A DNA stretch of 64,000 nucleotides from a virus: IMG/VR virus record IMGVR_UViG_3300010392_000634; one strand, written 5' to 3'. The notes under the pieces are model-generated. The model ran no database searches. It saw only the letters and a list, made by a program, of their open reading frames with translations, and was not told the DNA's origin. Made by a program: the position numbers and the translations under genes. This document shows positions 18,885 to 28,379 of the stretch, in pieces; the stretch's first letter is position 1, and every line of letters begins with the position of its first letter.

Positions 18885-18912
18885 ATATTGTATATAATAT
18901 ATTGTATATAAT
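18885..18912 (+). repeat. perfect tandem repeat 2 x ATATTGTATATAAT
   Basis: Each unit contains a TATAAT box; lies in the intergenic region upstream of 19024. Confidence 0.55.
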
Positions 18913-19023
18913 CCTATGTGAGCAAACCTTGCTCTATACTAGTTTAGTTTTTTCTTCTGATTAAAACCAAACTTTTTCGGTGATTTCTATGGATTTTTTC
19001 AGACTTTTATTCTATCATGAAGT

Positions 19024-19344
19024 ATGACTATTACAGAATACGTTGCAGAACACTACCCGAATCATACTATTGTCTTCTCTACATGTAGTCCGAAGCTGCT
19101 TGAGAGTTACCTCGAATTGTATTCGTTGTGTGTCAGGGACTCTGATAATGACTATCGGCTATTCAGGCTGGATTATGACTTTTACGGAATGATTGCGATG
19201 GCTCTATTAATTGAAGACTGGCAACGTGACGATTTTGTTGATGAAATAGTGTCAAGACTATATAAAATAGCTGTGGTTAGTAAAGATGCAGGCTACCACC
19301 TCGCTCTCTCACATCTGCATGAAAATGAACCTAGTAATAATTAG
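19024..19344 (+). CDS. hypothetical protein
   Basis: 106-aa ORF. Confidence 0.5.
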   Translation: MTITEYVAEHYPNHTIVFSTCSPKLLESYLELYSLCVRDSDNDYRLFRLDYDFYGMIAMALLIEDWQRDDFVDEIVSRLYKIAVVSKDAGYHLALSHLHENEPSNN

Positions 19345-19357
19345 CAGGAGAAAAAAG

Positions 19358-19582
19358 ATGAGTTGGTTTTTAGTTGTAGTTTATATTCTAGTAGTAGTCC
19401 CTATTGTATATGAGTGCTACCATGAAGATTCTCGTTCAATGGAAGAGATTGTTGGCAAATACACTTTGGCAGCATTGTGGCCTATCGCTGTATGTGCTCT
19501 TTTTATCGGAATAGTTGGCTCAGTGTACTACGAGATTTATTCTGACATTTCTGATAAAATTGACAAAGACTTGGAGAATTGA
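19358..19582 (+). CDS. small membrane protein
   Basis: RBS AGGAGAAAAAAG; start moved to ATG 19358. Confidence 0.45.
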   Translation: MSWFLVVVYILVVVPIVYECYHEDSRSMEEIVGKYTLAALWPIAVCALFIGIVGSVYYEIYSDISDKIDKDLEN

Positions 19583-19618
19583 TATTGACGAATCATTTTT
19601 TCCTGCTACAATGGAATT

Positions 19619-19816
19619 ATGATTACAAACCCAGTTTTGATGGAACTGTACGACGCGGCACTATGCTTTATTTTCATGTATCTTGGCATCTGCTGCATTT
19701 TTTGGTTTTCTGACTATCTAAAATCGAAGTCAGAAATGAAAGATGAATATGACTTCTCGAATGGGGAGCGTGGAAAATTTTACAATGAGAAGGAGAAAGA
19801 AGATGGCAGAAAATAA
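19619..19816 (+). CDS. small membrane protein
   Basis: 65-aa ORF with a hydrophobic segment. Confidence 0.35.
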   Translation: MITNPVLMELYDAALCFIFMYLGICCIFWFSDYLKSKSEMKDEYDFSNGERGKFYNEKEKEDGRK

Positions 19817-19997
19817 CTCTAATTCTGGAGGTATCGGATTCTGCGGTTTGCTTGGTATCGTGTTTATTACACTCAAGTTGACTGGATTTATTAACTGGTC
19901 TTGGTGGTGGGTTTTGGCACCGCTGTGGGGACCAATCGTGTTTGTGTTAGCTTTTCTGGCTATCGCTTTTGGAATCTTGTGGATGTTTGATAAGTAG
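19803..19997 (+). CDS. small two-helix membrane protein
   Basis: RBS AAGGAGAAAGAAG; start at ATG 19803. Confidence 0.45.
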   Translation: MAENNSNSGGIGFCGLLGIVFITLKLTGFINWSWWWVLAPLWGPIVFVLAFLAIAFGILWMFDK

Positions 19998-20004
19998 GAC
20001 AATT

Positions 20005-20532
20005 ATGGCTAAACCTTGGGTACACGCAAAGAACTCAGCTAGGAAATACGGTGGCGTTCCTGAAGACTACATTGATATCCACAATCTTATGGATAATACA
20101 AAAGGAACACTGGCTGACAATAGACATAGAGCACTCACTCACAATTCTTGGTTCATCTCTTCTGGTGGACCGTTGGAGTTGATTTTTGGTGTTGTTATTA
20201 CAAACTCTGACGGTAAGGAAGTTTCTGTCCGCGAGATTGGTGAGCAGCATATCCTTGAGGATTTCAGTATGAAGTTTATTCCTACCCCTCAAGATTGGCT
20301 TGCAGACATTCCTATGAGAGCGTGGATGAACAACGGAAAGTCTGATGTTCCTCCTAGTTTTAAACAAATTGAAAGTCAAAAGCAAACTAAGTTCACGTCT
20401 TTTGGTGAAATTGATGGACGGTTCGATGAGGAATCGCAGCGTATTTTGGAACAACATGGATATATTGTGATTGATAATCCAGTATCACATGAACCAATTA
20501 TTACAGAAAATTTTTACCCACATTCAGATTGA
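20005..20532 (+). CDS. hypothetical protein
   Basis: In frame with ORF 19969; start uncertain. Confidence 0.5.
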   Translation: MAKPWVHAKNSARKYGGVPEDYIDIHNLMDNTKGTLADNRHRALTHNSWFISSGGPLELIFGVVITNSDGKEVSVREIGEQHILEDFSMKFIPTPQDWLADIPMRAWMNNGKSDVPPSFKQIESQKQTKFTSFGEIDGRFDEESQRILEQHGYIVIDNPVSHEPIITENFYPHSD

Positions 20533-20539
20533 GGAAAAT

Positions 20540-21001
20540 ATGGAACATTATTTAGCTGTTGTTGAAGCATCAAAAGCGTACGAAAAAGCAAAGCAATTGG
20601 TATTCGATGTATACTATGAATCTACTATCAAGAATTTAGAAAAGGCTTTTCAGGAGCTGTTTGATACATATCCTCAGTTGACTGCATTCGACTGGCGACA
20701 GTATGTTCCTTCATTTAATGATGGAGATGCATGTTATTTTACAGTCAATAACTGGGGAACATGTTGGTTCACTGTAGATGGAGTCACTTTTGATGTTGGC
20801 GACTATGCAGATTATGAAGAGTATGATTATAATACAGCTAAGTCTGTTCTAAAACAAAACGGACTTGATGAGGTCGGTAACGAAATATGTTGCTTGATTG
20901 GTGCTGTTCCATATGATATCATGGAGAAGCGTTTTGGAACTTATTCTCATGTAAAGGTTACCCGTGAAGGAATTGAGGAGGATGAATACTATGATTATTA
21001 A
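20540..21001 (+). CDS. hypothetical protein
   Basis: RBS GAGGAAAA; start at ATG 20540. Confidence 0.5.
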   Translation: MEHYLAVVEASKAYEKAKQLVFDVYYESTIKNLEKAFQELFDTYPQLTAFDWRQYVPSFNDGDACYFTVNNWGTCWFTVDGVTFDVGDYADYEEYDYNTAKSVLKQNGLDEVGNEICCLIGAVPYDIMEKRFGTYSHVKVTREGIEEDEYYDY

Positions 21002-21380
21002 TAAAGAAAATATCAACTCATATGAATACACTAACGTTATGGTAGGACCATTAACTTTTACCTTAATTCCTTTTCTGATTGGTGCTTTACCTATTATATT
21101 TGAATCACCAACATTCTTGTGGTTTGCTTTCTGGTCATTCCTCTTGTTTTTTCTTTCTGCTTTATTTGGATTTATTGCCGGATGCATTGGGCTTTCTAGT
21201 ACTGGTGGATATGGCAATGATATGCTAGTAGATAGAATTCCACGCTCTGAATCAATCACGTATATTGTCTGTTGTACTATCTTTCCTTTACTGTGGATTG
21301 CTCTATTTATTGGATGTGTAAAAGGATTGTTACGGCCACTGTCACATATTTTTAAGTCTTTGATGAAGGAAGAAAAATGA
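20982..21380 (+). CDS. two-helix membrane protein, FWP-family-like
   Basis: RBS GAGGAGG; C-terminal motif TIFPLLWIALFIG. Confidence 0.5.
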   Translation: MNTMIINKENINSYEYTNVMVGPLTFTLIPFLIGALPIIFESPTFLWFAFWSFLLFFLSALFGFIAGCIGLSSTGGYGNDMLVDRIPRSESITYIVCCTIFPLLWIALFIGCVKGLLRPLSHIFKSLMKEEK

Positions 21381-22585
21381 ACAGGCGAGAATTTTTAGGT
21401 GTAACTAGCTTAGGTGTACTTGGTGTCGGTCTTAGTTTCGGTAATGTATCTGTTTCTGAAGAGCAGAAGAAAAAGGGGAGCGTGATTTACATCACACTTG
21501 GTGGTGGTGCTTCACACGTTGAGTTCTTCAATCCTGCTCCAGATGCTCCATCAGAGTATCGCTCAGTTACTGGTAACATCTATACTAATACGCCGGGATT
21601 ACACTTTGGTAGTCTTATGCCTAATCTGGCCAAAATGTCAGACCAGTTTACAGTAGTAAAATCATTCACTCATCGTGACTTCAACCACGCTAGTGCAACA
21701 CACTTAGTTCAAACAGGAAAATATAATACACGTACTCCTGATACACAAACATGGCCAAGTTATGGGAGTGTTGTAAGCGAACAACTTGGTGCTGTTGGTA
21801 AGACTGGGCTACCTAGTTATATCAAACTGAACAAGACAGACCATGACGGGGCTGCTTGGCTAGGATTAGACCATTCTGGTTTCAATGCATCTAAGGAAGG
21901 TTTAGGCGACATGATTATGAAGGTGTCCGAAGAGAGATTCCTTCGCCGTGAGCAAATGTTGTCAGAGATTGATAAGAGTGGCAATATTCGTGACCCTTGG
22001 CTTAAGTTGCGTGACCAAGCTGTGGGTGTTTTAATGGGTGATGCATCAAAAATCTTCAACATTACCAAAGATACGATGTACAATGACTATAAAGACTCTC
22101 AGTTCGGCAAAGACTTGTTAACTGCCAGACGTCTTGTTCAAGGTGGAGCTGCTTTTGTTAAAGTCAGTAATCCGGGCTGGGATATGCACTCTAATATCGA
22201 GTCTGGACTAAAATCTAAACAAGGTGAGATTGATAAGTATCTTGCTATCCTTATTTCTGACTTAGAGAATAAGGGTCTTAATGAAGACGTGTTAGTTGTA
22301 TTCACCACAGAGTTTGGAAGGACACCGAAGATTAATCCTCAGTCTGGACGTGACCATTGGGCAAAAGTGTGTAATCTGATGCTTTATGGTGGAAGATACA
22401 ACGGTGGATTCATTGGAGAAGTTGACAGAACCTCAAGTGAGGTAGTTAGCGAACCAGTAACACCTGCTGACTTATGTAAGACTGTGCTAGACCATTGTGG
22501 TATTGCTGACAATGCACATACTATTGATAATTTGCAACGTCCTAGAATGTTTGTAGAAGATACAGCTAAAATAATTGGAGTATGA
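21377..22585 (+). CDS. Tat-signal secreted protein, DUF1501 / sulfatase-superfamily-like (tentative)
   Basis: N-terminus MNRREFLGVTSLGVLGV carries a twin-arginine motif; 402 aa; the family assignment is from memory and is weak. Confidence 0.5.
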   Translation: MNRREFLGVTSLGVLGVGLSFGNVSVSEEQKKKGSVIYITLGGGASHVEFFNPAPDAPSEYRSVTGNIYTNTPGLHFGSLMPNLAKMSDQFTVVKSFTHRDFNHASATHLVQTGKYNTRTPDTQTWPSYGSVVSEQLGAVGKTGLPSYIKLNKTDHDGAAWLGLDHSGFNASKEGLGDMIMKVSEERFLRREQMLSEIDKSGNIRDPWLKLRDQAVGVLMGDASKIFNITKDTMYNDYKDSQFGKDLLTARRLVQGGAAFVKVSNPGWDMHSNIESGLKSKQGEIDKYLAILISDLENKGLNEDVLVVFTTEFGRTPKINPQSGRDHWAKVCNLMLYGGRYNGGFIGEVDRTSSEVVSEPVTPADLCKTVLDHCGIADNAHTIDNLQRPRMFVEDTAKIIGV

Positions 22586-22847
22586 TATGAGTACTATTAT
22601 CTGGTTTTTTGTAATTTCTTGCATACTTAGTCTTGTATTTTTTCTGCTGGCCTGCTATTATCTTAATATGGGACACGGCAATAGAAAAATAATTGACAGC
22701 TACACTCGTTATCAAGTGTGCAAGATTATTGCTGGTTCAATTTTTTGGTGGGTTACTTTTTTTGTTGTGATTCGTAAGTGCTATACATCAATAAGCAAAC
22801 CAGTGACAAACGTGTTTAAATATGTCGTAGGAGATAATGATGAATAA
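22575..22847 (+). CDS. small membrane protein
   Basis: 90-aa hydrophobic ORF. Confidence 0.45.
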   Translation: MEYDMSTIIWFFVISCILSLVFFLLACYYLNMGHGNRKIIDSYTRYQVCKIIAGSIFWWVTFFVVIRKCYTSISKPVTNVFKYVVGDNDE

Positions 22848-23196
22848 AGTTGATGGTGATTTGATTGGTCCTTGGGTGTGTACTGTATTATTGAATCTAA
22901 TTGTATCTCTTATTGTTGTGGCTATATGTGCTCCAGTATCGACAATCGTAGGGTTTTTAATTTTATTCTCTGTCTGGTTTATTCCATCTGGTATTATTTG
23001 CTTTGTGTTTTCTGCACATGAAATCACGGCGAATAGTAATCATTATACAAAAAAAGACGCTTGGGAAATTAGCTTATTTTCACTTTTTTGGCCAATTGGT
23101 ATTATGATTTTATTAACGTATGCTTTGATTCTAGCATGCAAGCCAATTGGTGGACTTTTACAGAAGTTGGGGTTGCAAGATGAACGTACCAAATAA
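22837..23196 (+). CDS. membrane protein, FWPIGI family
   Basis: Contains LFWPIGIMILL. Confidence 0.5.
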   Translation: MMNKVDGDLIGPWVCTVLLNLIVSLIVVAICAPVSTIVGFLILFSVWFIPSGIICFVFSAHEITANSNHYTKKDAWEISLFSLFWPIGIMILLTYALILACKPIGGLLQKLGLQDERTK

Positions 23197-23707
23197 AGAT
23201 TATGTTATAATCAATGCCCTTTTTGGGTTTTTCCCATTAGTTTTATTTTTTTTATTTTGTATCATATTCTTGTTCTTGGATATTGGCTTGCCGTTATTTG
23301 TACTCTTGTTGTTATTTGTCATTGCAGCTTATAGTGCAAGCGTGATATCACTTATTGTCTCTGCATGTTATCATATACATACTTCAAGAGTAGACTATGA
23401 CCTTGAAAAACCTCGACTTGATGATTACAGAGACGGTTATGACCACGATTGGGGTAAATACAATGTTGATGTAGCAGAATATGAAGCTACAAGAAAATAT
23501 GCACCAATCGAAAAAATGAGTAGAACAGACGTTATTAAACTAATGGTTACATTGACATTTTGGCCAGTATTTGTGTTAAAATGTATTTTTGACTGGCTTG
23601 TATCATTATTTAACCCAATTATCAAAACTTTTGTTTATATTATAGGAGAAAAGAATGAAGGCGATTCGGATGCCGAAGATAGAACAGTTTCGGACAGTAG
23701 TCAGTAA
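23180..23707 (+). CDS. membrane protein, FWP family
   Basis: Contains TFWPVFVLKCIF; start at ATG 23180. Confidence 0.5.
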   Translation: MNVPNKDYVIINALFGFFPLVLFFLFCIIFLFLDIGLPLFVLLLLFVIAAYSASVISLIVSACYHIHTSRVDYDLEKPRLDDYRDGYDHDWGKYNVDVAEYEATRKYAPIEKMSRTDVIKLMVTLTFWPVFVLKCIFDWLVSLFNPIIKTFVYIIGEKNEGDSDAEDRTVSDSSQ

Positions 23708-24719
23708 CATCAAGCGTACAGCTCAATTTGTTGGGCTGGATGAAAATGGAGATGCTATTGTTGATAGAGATGCCAAGATGCCAACAGTTACTTTTACTGG
23801 TACTGTAAAACTACATGGAACTAATGCATCTATTGTAAGAACTTCTGATGGTCAGATTTATCCCCAGTCTAAGACTAATGTTATTAGCATGGAAAAAGAT
23901 AATGCTGGCTTTGCTCAGTTTGTCCACTCTAATCACGAAGTACTTAAGGACATGTTGGACTGTATTGCATACGACCTAGAACGCAATGCAGCTATGTATA
24001 AAACTCCATGTGAGTTTGACCCTGAGTCTAGTATTACAGTTTATGGAGAATGGGCTGGTGGAAACATTCAAAAAGGATGTTCTTTAAATGGTCTAGATAA
24101 GATGTTCTTCATTTTTGCTTGTAAAGTTACCCCAAACGATGAAGAAAAGCAGTCTTACTGGATTCAATCTGGGCATCAACATATTAGACCAAGCCGACAC
24201 GATGACATCAATACTCATAACATTTATGACTTTGATACATATACAATTGATATCGATTTTAACGAGCCGGACTTATTTACTGAAGAGCTTGAGCGTATCA
24301 CTCTTGCTGTAGAGGAAGAGTGTCCTGTCGCTAAGATGTTCGGTGTCGAGAAAGGTGTTGGTGAGGGTGTAGTATGGACTGGTTGGTACAATGGTAACAT
24401 CTATAGATTCAAGGTTAAGGGAGAAAAGCACTCAGTAACTAAGGTTAAGAAGTTGGTTGTTGTAGCTCCTGAAAAGATTGAGTCTATGCAAAAGTTTGTT
24501 GAGTATGCCTGCACGCGTAACCGTTATGAGCAGGCCATCAATGAAGTTATCGGTGATGAAGAAAAGGCGATGAACCGTCTTGGTGATGTCATTCGATGGG
24601 TCCAGAAAGATATTATTGATGAAGAAACTGATGTTTTGACTGAATCTGGCTTGACACACAAAGATGTAGCGAGTAGAATTGCTACACAGGTCAGAACATG
24701 GTATCAGTCTGAATTATAA
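23655..24719 (+). CDS. RNA ligase, T4 Rnl2-like family
   Basis: Nucleotidyltransferase motif I KLHGTN; N-terminal domain typical of Rnl2; RBS AGGAGAAAAGA. Confidence 0.6.
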   Translation: MKAIRMPKIEQFRTVVSNIKRTAQFVGLDENGDAIVDRDAKMPTVTFTGTVKLHGTNASIVRTSDGQIYPQSKTNVISMEKDNAGFAQFVHSNHEVLKDMLDCIAYDLERNAAMYKTPCEFDPESSITVYGEWAGGNIQKGCSLNGLDKMFFIFACKVTPNDEEKQSYWIQSGHQHIRPSRHDDINTHNIYDFDTYTIDIDFNEPDLFTEELERITLAVEEECPVAKMFGVEKGVGEGVVWTGWYNGNIYRFKVKGEKHSVTKVKKLVVVAPEKIESMQKFVEYACTRNRYEQAINEVIGDEEKAMNRLGDVIRWVQKDIIDEETDVLTESGLTHKDVASRIATQVRTWYQSEL

Positions 24720-24736
24720 AAAAATGGAGAGTAACT

Positions 24737-24934
24737 TTGAGTTTAATATTTGAAAGTATTGATTCTGAAGGAAATGACGCTGAGATGCGTGCTACAAGAG
24801 TTCCATATGGAACTGATAGGCGTGATAGATTACGTATTAGCGTTTCTCTTCCGTGGAACGATGGTCCACGTGACATTGAACTCACTAGAAAACAAGCCGA
24901 TGAACTAGTTAAACTGATTGGAGAAATGCAATGA
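24737..24934 (+). CDS. hypothetical protein (TTG start)
   Basis: 65-aa ORF with GGAGAG RBS. Confidence 0.35.
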   Translation: MSLIFESIDSEGNDAEMRATRVPYGTDRRDRLRISVSLPWNDGPRDIELTRKQADELVKLIGEMQ

Positions 24935-25254
24935 TTATTGACAGTAAAACAAAACGTGTAGTTGACTGCTTTCGTTCAGACGACTATGCTGGACTTGAGT
25001 ATGGTGACTATGCCTTCTATTATGGTTACGAAGAGACTGTTCCTAAGCACGATTTAGAAAATGGTGAGTGGGCTTTCGTTGCCGACTACAAAGGTAATGA
25101 GTTGTGTCGTCTGACTGTAGATGATTTTAAAGAATATGTTTGTAGAAATACATTCGAAAGGCTTGACAAATGGAATGTTGAGCATGTATTATTAACCGGA
25201 GTTGGAATTGTTTTAAATAACGAAAAATTTCACCCAGAAAGAAAGGCAATGTAA
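24931..25254 (+). CDS. hypothetical protein
   Basis: 107-aa ORF. Confidence 0.5.
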   Translation: MIIDSKTKRVVDCFRSDDYAGLEYGDYAFYYGYEETVPKHDLENGEWAFVADYKGNELCRLTVDDFKEYVCRNTFERLDKWNVEHVLLTGVGIVLNNEKFHPERKAM

Positions 25255-25610
25255 TGAAATGTTTCCCAGAATCAGTTGGCGTTTTTGGTCCCGTTTTGTC
25301 CCTCACAGCAAGTTTAATTTGTTTTGTAACTCTATTTGAGGCTAGTCTCATTGGTGTACTGTTTTTGCTGGTTGCAATCAGTTGCTTCAATTTGTTAGCT
25401 GCGATTCTATTTTTTACTTCTGAGTCATTATGTAGTAGTAGTCCACGTATTAATGATTACAATAAAGTTACAGTTGCTACAGTATTATTTTCTTCTGTAT
25501 GCTGGCCAATCGGAATCTTAATTGGACTATTTGCTCTGCTCAAAGTTGCTGCAGGACCACTTATGTTAGTTGTTAATAAGTTTGCAGATACTAAGTCAGA
25601 TACAGAGTAA
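25254..25610 (+). CDS. membrane protein, FWPIGI family
   Basis: Contains VCWPIGILIGLF. Confidence 0.5.
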   Translation: MKCFPESVGVFGPVLSLTASLICFVTLFEASLIGVLFLLVAISCFNLLAAILFFTSESLCSSSPRINDYNKVTVATVLFSSVCWPIGILIGLFALLKVAAGPLMLVVNKFADTKSDTE

Positions 25611-25638
25611 AATCTCAATTATATAGAAAGAATTAAAA

Positions 25639-26763
25639 GTGAAACCAGTTAAAATTTACGCTGAAAATATTGAAGAGACAGCATTAGAGCAGTTTAATTC
25701 AGCTTTAGAGTTGGATTGTGTCACTCGTGCTGCACTTATGCCTGACGCTCATACTGGGTACAGCCTACCAATTGGTTCTGCTGTTGAGTCTGACCAGATT
25801 GTTTTTCCAAGTTGGGTTGGATATGATATCGGTTGTGGTATGTCTGCAATCCCCACCAGCTTCACGAAAGAAAAGGTAGAACAGAACTCAAAAGATATTT
25901 TTCATCAGATTTATCGTGATGTTCCTACTGGATTCACTGAGCATGACGATAAGCAGTTTTGGAATGAGGCTACTCATTTCGATGCTACACCTGAGCTAGA
26001 AGAACGATTCTGGACTGGAAATGCACAGAACCAGCTTGGTACTCTTGGTGGTGGTAACCACTTCATTGAAGTAGGATACGATGAGAACAATCAGGTATGG
26101 ATTATCATTCACTCTGGTTCTCGTAAGCTGGGACATCGTACTGCTGAGCGATATATGAAAATTGCTGCTGGACAGGACCCAGAAGACCGGAAGAAAGCAA
26201 AAGAAGGTCACTACGGTTTCGCTGTTGATTCAGAAAATGGTGAGAATTACATCAAGGACTTGAATTACTGTTTACAGTATGCTTTAGCAAACCGTCGTCA
26301 TATGATTGAGAATGTTATTCAAAGCATCTCACGTAAAGTAGGTGGCGGCTATGGAGAATGGGACCGTTTCATCAATCGTAACCACAACCATGCCGAGGAC
26401 CGTAAAGACGATGGTAAATGGATTCATCGTAAGGGTGCTACACATGCTGAGAGTGGCATGGACGGTGTTATTCCGGGCAATATGCGTGATGGTTCCTTCA
26501 TCGTAGTTGGTAAGGGTAATCCAGACTCTCTGTATTCCAGTTCTCATGGAGCTGGGCGTGTACTCTCTCGTAGTAAGGCACGTAAGACTCTGAATGTCGA
26601 TGACTTCGTTAAAGATATGGAAGGTATCACTGCTCGCGTTGAAGAGAAAACTCTTGATGAGTCTAGTAGTGCCTATAAAAACATCTTTGAGGTGATGGAC
26701 CTACAGAAAGACTTAGTCAATGTTGTTACTCACGTCAAGCCAATTATCAATGTGAAGGGATAA
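25639..26763 (+). CDS. rtcB: RNA-splicing ligase RtcB
   Basis: GGGNHFIEVG, HSGSR and HNHAED motifs; 374 aa; GTG start. Confidence 0.8.
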   Translation: MKPVKIYAENIEETALEQFNSALELDCVTRAALMPDAHTGYSLPIGSAVESDQIVFPSWVGYDIGCGMSAIPTSFTKEKVEQNSKDIFHQIYRDVPTGFTEHDDKQFWNEATHFDATPELEERFWTGNAQNQLGTLGGGNHFIEVGYDENNQVWIIIHSGSRKLGHRTAERYMKIAAGQDPEDRKKAKEGHYGFAVDSENGENYIKDLNYCLQYALANRRHMIENVIQSISRKVGGGYGEWDRFINRNHNHAEDRKDDGKWIHRKGATHAESGMDGVIPGNMRDGSFIVVGKGNPDSLYSSSHGAGRVLSRSKARKTLNVDDFVKDMEGITARVEEKTLDESSSAYKNIFEVMDLQKDLVNVVTHVKPIINVKG

Positions 26764-26765
26764 TA

Positions 26766-26927
26766 ATGGAAATTGGAACTGACCATGATGGCAATAAAAT
26801 AGAGATGAATGTCAAAAAGGAAAGTGATGCAGTCTACCGATTCACTGTCGGGAATCATGGCGTATACACTAATATAGATGGTATATTGAGAATCATCGAC
26901 TATATAAAAGAAAGTATCTCAGAATGA
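26766..26927 (+). CDS. small hypothetical protein (53 aa)
   Basis: Fills the gap between rtcB and the next gene with an ATGA overlap. Confidence 0.4.
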   Translation: MEIGTDHDGNKIEMNVKKESDAVYRFTVGNHGVYTNIDGILRIIDYIKESISE

Positions 26928-27316
26928 AAATTTTAAATGAATTAAAAAATGATGCAGAGACGCGATGTTTCTTCTTCTGGTTTGGATTACTTGTAACAGC
27001 AATTGGTTTTGGATTGGCGGCCATTGCCACTAGCTTGATTTTTTTCTTGCCAAAATTATTGACTTTGGTTTTGTGTTTTGCCATGGTTTGTCCTTTTCTC
27101 GGATTTGTGTTTGCCTGTTTGATTACTCATGATACTCGTGAATCAGAAACAAGAGAAGAGGTTGGTGCAGTATTACTTGTATGTACTTTTTATCCCATTA
27201 CATGGTTATATATTGTAGTTTCTGCTATATTTCCATTGTTTAACAATTTTATGTACTGCCTCAAGTCAATGAGAGATACAGTAATGTATGTAATTGAAGG
27301 GAAAACAGATGAATAA
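26924..27316 (+). CDS. membrane protein, FWP-family-like
   Basis: Contains FYPITWLYIVV. Confidence 0.5.
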   Translation: MKILNELKNDAETRCFFFWFGLLVTAIGFGLAAIATSLIFFLPKLLTLVLCFAMVCPFLGFVFACLITHDTRESETREEVGAVLLVCTFYPITWLYIVVSAIFPLFNNFMYCLKSMRDTVMYVIEGKTDE

Positions 27317-27776
27317 GTTCTGGTATGGAATTTCTGTAACATTTGTTTTGTGTGTTGTTGGAGTATTTTCACATGCTGAACCTATCGATGCACCAAAACC
27401 TTTTGTTTCAGAACAAGTCAATTTTGGCATTATATTTCCGGGTAAGGTAATTAATGTTGTTGATGGTGATACAGTTGATGTAGAAGTAAGACGCGTAATC
27501 CGTATTCGTATGTTAGACTGTTGGGCACCAGAATCACGCACAAAAGATTTAGCAGAGAAAAAAGAGGGTCTGGAAGCAAAGGCTGAGCTGGCAAAAATTA
27601 TTAGTGGTCGCAAAGTAGTCGTACAGGTTCCTATTGGTAGAGATGCTAGATTTGGTGAGTCTATGACTTTTGACCGTGTTCTTGGACGAATTATTGACGA
27701 AGAAACACGTCTTGATTACTCTAAGTATATGGTACAGCACGGCTTCGCAACTAAAAATAAGGAAAAAGATGATTAA
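27309..27776 (+). CDS. secreted thermonuclease (staphylococcal-nuclease-like)
   Basis: Signal peptide followed by VVDGDTVDVE ... RIRMLDCWAPE, the SNase Ca-binding and catalytic motif. Confidence 0.6.
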   Translation: MNKFWYGISVTFVLCVVGVFSHAEPIDAPKPFVSEQVNFGIIFPGKVINVVDGDTVDVEVRRVIRIRMLDCWAPESRTKDLAEKKEGLEAKAELAKIISGRKVVVQVPIGRDARFGESMTFDRVLGRIIDEETRLDYSKYMVQHGFATKNKEKDD

Positions 27777-28377
27777 ATACGTTAAAGGGGACTTATTTGA
27801 TTTTGTCAATCAGACTGAATCGGAATACGATGTTACTTTTATTCCACATATTGTCAATACGTATGGATATTGGGCGTCTGGTTTTGTTTGTGCAGTAGAG
27901 TCACATTGCCCAGCAGCCAAGAGTCGTTATGACTCCTTGTTTGAAGGCGTTCATGCTCCATATGATTACGGCGAAGCAAATAAATGGCTTCTAGGTATGA
28001 ACCAGATTGTGTTCACCAACACTCGGAGTACTGCAATTATCAATATGTTCGCTCAGTTATTCGGTGGTGATAGACCATTAAGATACAATGCACTTACAAA
28101 GTGTATGGATAGCATAGGAGACTCAGTGCAGACATCTGAACATAAAGTTCGCATTGTAGCTCCTATGTTTGGGAGCCTTCGGGCTGGAGGAAATTGGGAT
28201 TTTATTGAGAAATTAGTAGAAGATTGCTGGATTTCTCGCGGTATTGATACTACAATAGTAGAGTACATACACAAACAAATTAAGAGTCAATGCCAAAAGT
28301 GCAACAAACAAGAGAAGCCTTTGTTTCGTATGTCAAATACTTTGTATTACTGTAGGGAATGTTATTCAGAAAGGTAG
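27769..28377 (+). CDS. macro-domain protein (ADP-ribose 1''-phosphate / O-acetyl-ADP-ribose processing family)
   Basis: GDLF ... IPHIVNTYGYWASGF resembles the macro-domain ligand-binding motifs; C-terminal Cys cluster. Confidence 0.5.
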   Translation: MIKYVKGDLFDFVNQTESEYDVTFIPHIVNTYGYWASGFVCAVESHCPAAKSRYDSLFEGVHAPYDYGEANKWLLGMNQIVFTNTRSTAIINMFAQLFGGDRPLRYNALTKCMDSIGDSVQTSEHKVRIVAPMFGSLRAGGNWDFIEKLVEDCWISRGIDTTIVEYIHKQIKSQCQKCNKQEKPLFRMSNTLYYCRECYSER

Positions 28378-28379
28378 TC

